Assembly: GCF_006345805.1 (NCBI RefSeq)
Contig: NC_043012.1
Location: 27,466,001 to 27,530,000, forward strand
DNA: 64,000 nucleotides
From: Octopus sinensis
Taxonomy: Eukaryota
Direction of reading: 5' to 3'
The notes beneath the pieces were generated by a model. That model was not told where the DNA came from and did no database searches. It was given only the letters and a program-made list of their open reading frames with translations. Made by a program: the position numbers and the translations under genes. How positions within the stretch are numbered: position 1 is the first letter of the stretch; every line of letters begins with the position of its first letter. This document shows positions 50,463 to 61,935 of the stretch, one piece after another.

Positions 50463-50836
50463 CATGAAATAGTCACCCATAATTATGACCCAAGTATTGA
50501 TCTACTGCATTTCAATCTATTTTAGATTTAAGGTTAGTTAGGAGGGGGGGTATCTTTTTTTCTTCAGAAATGTAAATAAACCCAATCTGTTTCTTAAATG
50601 AGGGACATATTCATATGGCACAGAATGTTTTTTTACCTCAATAGACGTCAGTGATTGGTTGAAATTGCCGAAATGCAAGAAATTAAAGACCAAATATGTT
50701 ACAAACTATAGAATTTTCTCAATAAAGCCAAGAGAAAAAGATGTTTTATAAACATATTCTACCAGTATACGAAGTTTAAAATTTTTTAGTTACCTAAAAA
50801 TTATGTTAAAAACTGCCGTTGAAACCGAAAAGATAC
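50463..50836 (+). mobile_element. Solo right arm of the fold-back element family at 11895-12691
   Basis: Colinear with 12313-12691 (ccataattat...gaaaagat) at roughly 85-90% identity; no left arm or TSD. Confidence 0.88.
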
Positions 50837-51091
50837 AATTGCACAGCTACATGAATAATAAATAAAATCGTCCATATCAACAAAACGACTGAACCTGCTG
50901 AATCATACTCAACAAGTAAAATTGTACACCTAATATACCTATATAACTTTTCATATCTACGCTAATTTGCACCAGTAAATTCTAAGTAAACTATGAAGAA
51001 ACAACAAAAAGAAATCTTTTGGGGACTACTCCAATTCATGTTCAACCTTTAAAAAAAACATTAACGTACACATATATTTTAACTTATATGC

Positions 51092-51123
<32 letters not shown>

Positions 51124-51147
51124 ATGTGTGTATATATATATATATAT

Positions 51148-51395
51148 CATCATCGTCGTTTAGCGTCCGTTTTCCATGCTAGCATGGGTTGGACGGTTCT
51201 ACTGGGGTCTGTGAAGCCAGAAGGCTTCATCAGGCCCAGTCAAATCTGGCAGTGTTTCTACGGCTGGATGCCCTTCCTAACGCCAACCACTCCGTGAGTG
51301 TAGTGGGTGCTTTTTACATGCCACCCGCACAGGTGCCAGACAGAGCTGGCAAACGGCCACGAACGGATGGTGCTCTTTATGTGCCACCGGCACGA
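51148..51395 (-). mobile_element. (GAT)n-tailed short repeat, same family as 16631
   Basis: catcatcgtcgtttagcgtccgttttccatgctagcatggg...gctggatgcccttcctaacgccaaccac. Confidence 0.75.
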
Positions 51396-51929
51396 CATAT
51401 AAATATAGTATAAGACCAAACCTACCAAACAAAATTCAACAAATTCAACCACACTTCACGCAAATGGAGGAGACCAGATGCCAATATGGATGATGGCTTT
51501 GTCATTCATACAGAAGACAACAAATTCATTTCAAGAATCCGGGCCGTCAAAAAGCACTTGTTGGTAGCCAAAAGTAAGAAAAAAATCTAAAAAGACATTA
51601 GGCAAGGTGCTCCCACTCATCACCGCAATGTGCTACTGTTCCTGGAGTCATGTCTATCTCAAACAAGACCAAGGGGCAACCCTTGGGTGATGATACACAT
51701 AACACTAATAAGGGTAACATTCCTTCCATAGACTAGCACAAAGGAGCCAATTCAAAATTCCCATACATGAAGCAACAACCCGACAGGGCAGAACATTACG
51801 GAAAAGGGACCGCCCAAACAAGGAAGTCCGGAACTCTGAAATACTGGGACCAAAATTTACACTCAACCAGCAATCATCTATATGGCTAAACAACCAACTA
51901 GTAAAAAATGGTCAAAAGCAATCACAGAT

Positions 51930-52080
51930 AGTTTGTGGTACACAAAATTCACAATCAAAATGCTTTATGTAAATAATATGTCCAACCCTAATAGAAGAAA
52001 GCAAATGCAACACTAGCGAATGTAGCCAAACCAGAAGAACGCTAAGAGGCAGATACCAAAAGACAGGCAATGAAACAAAA
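51930..52080 (+). mobile_element. Possible decayed Penelope-like GIY-YIG remnant
   Basis: gaatgtagccaaaccagaagaacgctaagaggcagatac resembles the YVGQT-RR-TL-R-x-R motif with an indel. Confidence 0.35.
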
Positions 52081-53102
52081 AATTTTTTAATTAAAATTAG
52101 AAAATAAGAAACAAAAGTATGAAGATGAGGGGAAACTTACACCGTCCACTGCCAACACACACATAATCATCTACAGAGCGGTACAGAAAAGTTACACTCA
52201 ACAATATCAAAAAGGAGCTGTGCATAATTGAGGAGAAAAGCAGAAAACAAAGTCAGAACGATGAATAGCGTAGGGGAGACAACATTTACGGGAAGAAAAA
52301 AAAAACAGTCCCATTTATACTTGCTACAAAGATGAAAAACAAAACAGACTGACATCATTTGCAGATAGACGGGCACACACAAACTATGTGTAATACACAA
52401 ATTCACACGGAAAACCCCACAAGTGCACTGGTACAACCATACATGCATACATAAACAATCCCTCTACATGAAAACAACATTCATTTATAAATACTTCTGA
52501 GTACATACATAGATTTTGCGTACGTCACGTAATATTTTGCGTGTGCATATCCTTCTACATAAGTTCTCAAGCAATAAGATTTTTTTATCATTATTGCACA
52601 TGTAAGACCATAATTTTTCCCTTAACTGTTCTCTCCCCTGCTCTACTCATAAATCTGACTTTATTTTTCTATTTTTCTCTTAAATTATAAACAACTCCTT
52701 TCGGTATAGCTGAATCCATACATACAAACACAGTACATAGCTGCAAAACACACAAACACGGACACGCAAACCCATGAATATCGAGAATACATACACAGAA
52801 ATGTACACACATACATATATAAATATATGCATGCATACATTACATACATACATACATGTATATACACAAACACTAACCCACACACATGCACACAAACACA
52901 AGGAACGCTGTGTGAGTAACAGTCAGAGTCAAAACTATTGAAAAGGTTGCAAAATGCAACGAAAATTTAGAAAAATAAAGGAAATATTTGAAAATTTTAC
53001 AGGTGAGTATGTTAAATTATAAGTAACTAACAGCGAATGACTCTCCCCCAGCCAAAACACAATAAGTATATATATATATATATGTGTGTGTGTGTATGCA
53101 TG

Positions 53103-53165
<63 letters not shown>

Positions 53166-53524
53166 ATGCATGTATGTATGTATATATACGTATGCATGTA
53201 TGTATGTATATATATGTATGCATGTATATATATATATATATATGTATGCATGTATGTATATATATATATATATGTATATGTATGTTGTATATATATATAT
53301 ATATGTATGCATGTATGTGTATATATATATATGTATGCATGTAGTTATATATATATATATATTGATGTATGGGTATATATAATATATATATGTATGCATG
53401 TATGTATATATATATATATATATATTATAGTATGCATGTATGTGTATATATATATGTATGCATGTATATATATATATATGGTATGCATGTATGTGTATAT
53501 ATATATATATATATATGTGTATAA

Positions 53525-53566
<42 letters not shown>

Positions 53567-53827
53567 ATGCATGTATGTGTATATAATATATATATAATAT
53601 ATGTGGGTATATATAGATATATATATATATTATTATATATATATATATATATATATGTGTGTATGCATGTATGTGTTATATATATATATATATATGTGTA
53701 TATATATATATATATATGTGTGTATGCATGATAGTGTATATTATATATATATATATGGTATATAATATCTATATATATATATATATATATGTGTGTATGC
53801 ATGTATGTGTATATATATATATATATA

Positions 53828-53871
<44 letters not shown>

Positions 53872-53895
53872 ATATCATGAATGTGTGTATGCATG

Positions 53896-53932
<37 letters not shown>

Positions 53933-53988
53933 AGGTATGCATGTATGTAATATAATAGTATATATATATATATATATGTATGCATGTC

Positions 53989-54027
<39 letters not shown>

Positions 54028-54061
54028 CATGTATGTATATATATTATATATATATATATGC

Positions 54062-54095
<34 letters not shown>

Positions 54096-54185
54096 TATAT
54101 ATATATAATATATATATATATATGTATGCATGTATGTATGTATATAATATATATATATATATATATATGTATGCATGTATGTGTG

Positions 54186-54221
<36 letters not shown>

Positions 54222-54227
<6 letters not shown>

Positions 54228-54268
54228 GTTTCAGTCATTTGACTGCGGCCATGCTGGAGCACCGCCTT
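54222..54268 (-). mobile_element. 3' tail of the 19849-family SINE
   Basis: tgtttcagtcatttgactgcggccatgctggagcaccgcc. Confidence 0.7.
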
Positions 54269-54279
54269 TTAGAGTGGTG

Positions 54280-54433
54280 AAAGAGTACAGCAGGGATCAC
54301 CACCTCCTGCCGAGCCTCGGGAGCTTTTAGGTGTTTTCGCTCAATAAACACACACAACGCCCGGTCTGGGAATCGAAACCGCAATCTCCGACCGCAAGTC
54401 CGCTGCCCTAACCACTAGGCCATTGCGCCTCCA
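54280..54433 (-). mobile_element. tRNA-derived SINE head and body fragment
   Basis: The reverse complement TGGAGGCGCAATGGCCTAGTGGTTAGGGCAGCGGACTTGCGGTCGGAGATTGCGGTTTCGATTCCCAGACCGGGC has A- and B-box-like segments and continues into non-tRNA sequence. Confidence 0.7.
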
Positions 54434-54593
54434 CATATATATATATTTATATATATATTGCATGTATGTATATATATATTATATATATCATATATATATT
54501 ATATATATATATTAATATATATATATATATGCATATATATATATGCATGTATGTATATATATATATATATGCATGATGTATATATATAGCATG

Positions 54594-54637
<44 letters not shown>

Positions 54638-54777
54638 CATGTATATATATTATATGTTATATATATTATATATATATATATATATATATGCATGTATATA
54701 TATATATATATATATGATATAATATATATATGCATGTATATATATATATATATTATATATATATATATATATATGCA

Positions 54778-54810
<33 letters not shown>

Positions 54811-54823
54811 GCATGTATATATA

Positions 54824-54863
<40 letters not shown>

Positions 54864-55042
54864 TATGCATGTATGTATATATATATATATATATATATGC
54901 ATGTATGTATATCTATATATATATATATATGTATGCATGTATATATATATATATATATGCATGTAATATATATATATATATATATATATGCATGTATATA
55001 TATATATATATATGTATGCATGGTATATATTATATATGCATG

Positions 55043-55076
<34 letters not shown>

Positions 55077-55170
55077 TATATATATATATGCATGTATGTG
55101 TATATATATATATATATATATATGTATGCATGTATGTATATATATATATATATGTATGTATGTATGCATG

Positions 55171-55203
<33 letters not shown>

Positions 55204-55240
55204 GCATTATATATATATATATATGTATGTATGTATGCAT

Positions 55241-55271
<31 letters not shown>

Positions 55272-55371
55272 GCATTATATATATATATATATGTATGTAT
55301 GTATGTATATATATATATATATATATATGTATGCATGTATGCATGTATATATATATATATATGTATGCATG

Positions 55372-55408
<37 letters not shown>

Positions 55409-55789
55409 CATGCATGTATGTATATATATATACATGCATGTATGTATATATATATATGCATGCATGTATGTATATATATATATATATATGCATGTATGTA
55501 TATATATATGCATGATATATATATATATATGCATGTATGTATATATATATATGTATGTATGCATGTATGTGTATATATATATATAATATGCATGTATGTA
55601 TATATATGCATGTATGTATATATATATGCATATATATATATATAGAATATATATATGCATGTATGTATATATATGCATGTATGTATATATATATATATAT
55701 GCATGTATGTATATATATGCATGTATGTAATATATATATATATATATATGCATGTATATATATATGCATGTATGTATATATATATGCAT

Positions 55790-55824
<35 letters not shown>

Positions 55825-56439
55825 ACTATTTCTGTAAGTGATACTATATCTGTGTCACAATGGAAATTATAAATTTGAACTCGGATATACATCTGTGCAC
55901 CTGTGGATCTTAATGTCATGTAAACGGAATGCTTTTATTTCATATTTTGTATGTATATGCAGATATTTAACGCTTTGCATAGTACTGTAGTACCAATGTG
56001 GTCCTTAGTTTTGCTACTATAATGCTAATAATGGGATCTATATATTGTTTTAATAGTATTAGCGTTATTAATAATGAGAATAATGATATTGGTAGCATTA
56101 GTGGTAATGATAATGGTAATAATGTTAACATTAATGACATTTGGTAAATTAATAAGAATTAATATAATGTACTCTTGACTCTGTATATCTGCATTTGGGT
56201 ATTAATATGTGTATGTTTTATACATTGTAATAACACAATATCAAGTTGAAAAACTCTAACGTTCAGTGAGGAACATGTGTATGTTTATTTGTTTATTGAC
56301 TTATATTATTTATATTATTATGTATATGTATGTGTATGGGGGTATGAGTATATGCACTCATATGTATATGTATATGATTTATTATGGGTATGTACCCACA
56401 CATATATAAATGTATATGTAATCTGATTTGTATTTCATA

Positions 56440-56566
56440 ATCTCTGAAGAGGCCTTAGGATATTTTTGTAAATGTCTCATTTATAACTACATATTAACCT
56501 ACCATAAAAGGCTAATATAAGTAAAATGAAACATACTTATCTGCATGGCCGAAACAGCTGTAAGAT
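56440..56566 (+). ncRNA. Type I minimal hammerhead ribozyme, intact core, 92-nt loop II
   Basis: ATCT-CTGAAGA-GGCC...92 nt...GGCC-GAAA-CAGCTG-TA-AGAT. Stem I is 4 bp, stem III is the palindrome ACAGCTGT and the predicted cleavage is after A56562. Confidence 0.65.
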
Positions 56567-56764
56567 GTAGTTTATATTTATATTTATATTCTCTTATACA
56601 TATTGTACTTATTGTATCAAATTACTCCTTTATGTACACTGTTTGGTTATATATTATTATGTTCGAGCCTGAAGTTTCTTATGTGGTGGTTTAATAAAGT
56701 GTGATTAGGTATTATCTGGTAATTGATATTTGATTGGGATGTATTTCTCCATTTTCATATTTTG

Positions 56765-56824
<60 letters not shown>

Positions 56825-57250
56825 GTATATATATATGTATATATATGGTAATAAATAAAAATATGCATACATACAAACATATGTACGTACCTACATCTAC
56901 ATGTATATATACATGCATAAGGACACCACAAATAGACGTAGAACTCAACAAGAAATGAAAACGTAAAAACAGCATGGAACGGACCATTTTTTTAACAACG
57001 AAAAAACAGAGTACAACACAACTACACAAGGAAAAATCCCCTTCATCAGCTGTCCCTAGTTCAACTCCAGCGTGTTTCGAAGATGAGGACAGAACACGTC
57101 TCGTCGAACTAGTCCTTCCTGCGAAAGAATTAAATAAAATTCCTTTGCAGAGGGGTAAAAACAAGGAAAAAAAATGTGACGAAAACAGGACGTAAAAACA
57201 ATTCAATTTGTTTGGTTTTGTTTCGTTTCGTTTCTTCTTCTCTAAGCTGG

Positions 57251-57254
<4 letters not shown>

Positions 57255-57321
<67 letters not shown>

Positions 57322-57322
57322 G

Positions 57323-57355
<33 letters not shown>

Positions 57356-57402
57356 GTATATATATATATATTATATATATATGTATATATATAATATATA
57401 TA

Positions 57403-57465
<63 letters not shown>

Positions 57466-57469
57466 GTAT

Positions 57470-57500
<31 letters not shown>

Positions 57501-57518
57501 TATATATTATATATATAG

Positions 57519-57562
<44 letters not shown>
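57255..57562. repeat. (TA)n field
   Basis: Directly visible. Confidence 0.95.
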
Positions 57563-58659
57563 TTTAATTTAGAGATAGTAGGCCCCTTTATCTCACCATA
57601 TAAAACAGAATTTTTATTTTAAATACCTACTGTTTTATTACTTGGCAACACGTATTTCATGAGGTACATCCTCGGGTTCCTAAACCACTCCGTATTTTCC
57701 TGGAACCCTTCTTAAAATGTAACCCCAATCATCAGGCCCTTATATCACTTTATCAACGTTCAATACAATAAACTATATTTTAATTTTTTAAAGCCCTTAA
57801 GTATGTGTAAAATAGGCATGTTTAAATTAGTTTCGCAAGCCATAATTCAGATAAAAATTCAAATAAAGATAAGTTACAAAAATAAAAGTTACACAAATAA
57901 AGTAAGGAATAAAAAAGCTAAAAAACAATTATGTGAAAATTTACAAAAACTATAGTGTTCCAAATAAAATTAAATTTACAAAAACTATGTTAATAATATA
58001 CAAAAAATATTTTAAAATGTGAATAAAAATGAAAGGGATGGCAAGAAAAAATATATATGAATAAAAATAAAAGGGATGGCATCCCTTTTATATTTTCCTT
58101 GCCATCCATGAAAAATGGATGTTAAAGGATGATCATGATGAGATACCCACACATACATGTATTTGGCATTGTTGTCAAATCTTGTTAGTGTTAAGTGGAA
58201 TGTAGAGCAGATCTCTAAGTAATACTGGAGACTGCAGTCTGATAGAGAACTCTGAAACAGAAACAAGGGTATTCTTATACATAGACACATACACACAAAT
58301 ATGTGTGCATGTGTGTATTTCACTTCATTGTTGCTGTTGTTCTTGTCATTATTGTTGTTGACACTGTTTTTTTCAGCATCATATTTTTGTCTTTCTAAGA
58401 AATTCTCTTGGGAATTTTATGACCAGCTTCATTAGTAAACTTTTGAGGTTTTTTTTAAATTTATTTCTGTTCTTTTCTTTTCTAGAAACATTTTTCAGAT
58501 TGACTTTCCTACACCTGAGGATGCCATTGAAAAATTGGCAGGATTGCCAACCATAGCATCCAATTTTCTTCAACACCCACCCCCACCCTTGATCTTTCTA
58601 CTGCCTCCATAGAGATGGTACTGCCCACTTTGGGAACCACTGATCTAGATCATGATAAT

Positions 58660-59815
58660 TACACCTTGACTGCAGATAATGTTGTTCTCTAGGCCATACT
58701 GCTCTCAGATACTTCAAGGCAGGGTCATCTGAAAATCAATGCAGCCAAAACCAAACTCTTCTCACTTAGCACCACAAGTAGACAGAAGCATATTTTTACA
58801 GACAATCATGTTTAAGTGGACTTAGTTAAGTTCAATCAGAAAATAGGTAGTACCCATGACTTTTGCAGGTCCTACTAGATTGAGAGGTGCTAAACATTTT
58901 CATACACAAATCTAATACCAAGACCATGATTCTGAACACATGAAAATCTGCAAAAATTCCCATATGTTCTAGGTGCTGCAACAATTAATTCTCATCATTA
59001 GTCAGAATGTATAAACCATCTAATTACATTGCACTGTTATCTTTACTCAGAACCTACATTTTTTTTTAGTTTAGCTATGCATGTTACAGCTTTCAAAAGT
59101 GTGAATCTACCTAACTGTGTTCCCCAACTTGAAACAACAGTATCATAGCAATGATACTTCTAAAGAAAACTCGTACTGATTCCACCAGTGGAGCCATGTT
59201 AATCTTGTCTCTTCACAGCAAAAAGAAATGAAGTACTACTCATATCAAGAGATGATGATTATCCCCAAACATGAGAGGCACTCTGCAAGAGTCTCACAGT
59301 CACTTACAAAAGATTTCTTCTGGCAAAACTGCATCCTTAAAATAGTTAGGCCTACACTCTTTAGGGCCAGAAAATATTTCAACCCCCAATATTTGCTGGC
59401 AAAGCTCAAGCGAGGCCCATATTGTTCTTACATCTGAGATACTGCTACCACACACACACACACACACACACCATATATCCTTGACAGCCTTCAGAGAAGA
59501 GACAATCAAATCCAGACATGCTCCATCTTCTAGTCTGTCATATGCTACTTAGGCACTTCCATTTCACTCATCTCTCCACTTTGTTATTGTTGTTCATGTT
59601 CAATTCCCCAGGCCCTGCATATCCACTGTGCCTCAGCCTTTTTCAAGAAATCTGGAATCTCCTCCTTGTTCATGTCTTACCTGCAGATGTGGACTTGTAA
59701 CAGTTTAAACAAAACATCAACAGCATCAATCTCACCAATTTCATGTTTGCAAAGACCATGGACACTGCCCCCTTCCTCCAGACTAAGCAAAATAGGAAAA
59801 AGAAAAAAAAAAAAG
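58660..59815 (+). mobile_element. Highly decayed CR1/Jockey-group LINE 3' part with A-rich tail
   Basis: LKINAAKTKL, then DFFWQNCILK..LFRARKYFNPQYLL...YCSYI (same motif set as 1500-2960); A-rich end at about 59790-59818. Confidence 0.55.
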
Positions 59816-61185
59816 AAAATTAAGTAACTGAAACCATATCATACTAATCACTAGTCTAAATTCATCAATGGACTTGAGACTGTTTCAGTTAGGACTGATC
59901 AGGCCAATGACAGGTAATTTTAAGTGGCAGCTATTCAAGTAGGGATCAACCCAAGTCTAAGAAAAGTAAGGAATAAAATTTGCTTGTGTATCTAAATCAA
60001 CTTTTCATTTCTGAAGATGAACATCTGTGATGAATCTTAACCTCTAAATAAATTGATCCACAAAGAATAGATTCTAGCACTGAAATTTTGGAATTGTTAA
60101 TATTATATGAAATTATCAGTTGTTTATAAAAAGCTCATTTAAAATGAAACACTAAACATTTCGCAAGTTAATCCCTTTCAATATGAATAAAATTCATATT
60201 AATGTGACCTTCCTAGTAATACTAATTCCATCAGATCTTTTTTTTTTTTTTATGATTATTCAGAATCTCCCTTTATACTGTAGTTTAACAAAGCTCTAGT
60301 TTAATTTACTAAAACACCAGGTTTAAACCATTAGAATTTTCACTAACAGCCATAAGTGATATATTCAAGAATCATCAGTGAAAATGTTACTCTGAACATA
60401 AGACTGACACAAAATATTGTTCACAGCAAAACATTACAAGATGTAGTATTTTGCTTCATGTTGAATATGCTACATTTAATAATTATTTCATACTTGTCTT
60501 ACAGATGAGTGTGCAACAATGGGTATCTTACTGTGTGCAATGATAGCTGTTATCAGCACACTTTTCTACAGTGCAGTACCATAGTGTTGACCAGATCTAA
60601 ATTAAGACATGTCTATTGTTATTTAAATAATTCAGTCACCAATTCATCTCAAAAAGCATAAGATTTGTTACCTTGCATGTTTACTTTGTACATGTCTCAT
60701 AATTTTTCTATTCAAATCATACTGATAGTTCACAAGTCAAATATAAATACCAACTTGGTACCTAGCACAAATAAGACAAGTTCTCAAGTCAAATATAAAT
60801 ACCAGCTTGGTATCTGACACAAAAAAGACCAAATACTGCAATATTTTATGATGTTCAGAAGAACAACCACACATCATCCGTCATGCAGGTTAACAAGGGA
60901 CACAGATTCAGGGATCCATTCAAAAAATATATTGCAGTTTTCACCCAATGCAAGTGCAACCAGCAGTAAGCCTGCTATTGTTCTAGATATGGGGAAGGAG
61001 CTCAAAGGATGCACATCCTTGAACCCCAAAGTGGGTCCAAGGGGAAACAACCTTGAAGGACTGGAAATTGGAATGTCACAACCTTTACAAGTAAAGAGCA
61101 GGACCTTATGGAGGAGGTCAAATGCTACTGGCTAAATACAGTCATTGTCTCCTCTACAAAGTTCCATACTGTAAGAATGATACAG

Positions 61186-61233
61186 ACAGCTCTGATGAGA
61201 ACCCAATAAGGTTCGAAAATCAATTAAGACTGT
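61186..61233 (+). ncRNA. Compact type I hammerhead ribozyme, intact core; first unit of an 80-bp tandem repeat
   Basis: ACAGCT-CTGATGA-GAACC CAATAA GGTTC-GAAA-ATCAAT-TA-AGACTGT. Stem II is a perfect 5 bp and stem I is 6 bp with one bulge. A decayed second copy lies exactly 80 bp downstream (core 61272-61306). Confidence 0.7.
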
Positions 61234-61322
61234 TCATAAATTTGGAGACTATCAAAATGATGTAGACGCCTCTGATGAGCACCCAATAAGTTTCAAAAAT
61301 CGTTTAAGATTATTCATTTTAC

Positions 61323-61677
61323 AGGCACAGGAGAGGCTGTGTGGTAAGTAGCTTGCTTACCAACCACATGGTTCCAGGTTCAGTCTTACTGCGTGGCACC
61401 TTGGGCAAGTGTCTTCTACTATAGCCTCGGGCCAACCAAAGCCTTGTGAGTGGATTTAGTAGACAGAAACTGAAAGAAGCATGTCGTATATGTATATATA
61501 TTCATAAATATATATATATATATACTTTATTTAAAGCAGCAGAAAATTCAACAAAACCTGTTACTCTGAGTTTCCCGTTGCCGTTCATCGGACAGTTTTT
61601 GCTAGAATAAAGCATATTACCACTGGTATTTGAGTACCCTTTTTTCCACCTTGTTTCACATTTATGTGTTTACTCCG

Positions 61678-61749
<72 letters not shown>

Positions 61750-61935
61750 GTGTATGTGTCTGTCACCCCAACATCGCTTGACAACCGATGCTGGTGTTTA
61801 CATCCCCGTAACTTAGTGGTTCAGCAAAAGTGACCAATAGAATAAGCACTAGGCTTACAAAGAACAAGTCCCGGGGTCGATTTGCTCAATTAAAGGCGGT
61901 GCTCCAGCATGGCCGCAGTCACGTAAGTAAAAGAG
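61323..61935 (+). mobile_element. 19849-family SINE carrying a ~155-bp insertion in its central microsatellite
   Basis: SINE head 61323-61490, unrelated insert ~61526-61680, then (TA)n and the SINE 3' half ending gcatggccgcagtcacgtaagtaaaagag. Confidence 0.85.
61553..61600 (-). ncRNA. Variant hammerhead-like motif inside the SINE insert
   Basis: Minus strand: AAAAACUGU-CCGAUGA-ACG GCAA CGG-GAAA-CUC A GAG-UA-ACAGGUUUU. Stems I-III are present, but U4 is C and the 10.1/11.1 pair is an A-G mismatch. Confidence 0.5.

Larger units (their letters stand above)
53060..55825. repeat. About 2.7-kb (TA)n/(TATGCATG)n satellite field interrupted by SINE pieces
   Basis: Directly visible; source of the spurious I/Y/M/H ORFs. 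Confidence 0.95.

Noticed and set aside
54355-54433. Functional tRNA gene
   Set aside because: The acceptor and T stems pair poorly and the sequence runs into a SINE body; it is a tRNA-derived SINE head.
57640-57680. Minus-strand hammerhead-like CCGAGGA...GAAA
   Set aside because: Stem II is too weak and there is no valid cleavage triplet or stem I.
58140-58252. Candidate upstream SHOC2 exon (minus strand, ag acceptor at about 58253)
   Set aside because: The translation has no LRR pattern or SHOC2 similarity.
58510-58550. Hammerhead-like CTGAGGA-TGCCA...TGGCA
   Set aside because: Stem II is followed by GGAT rather than GAAA, and there is no stem I or III.
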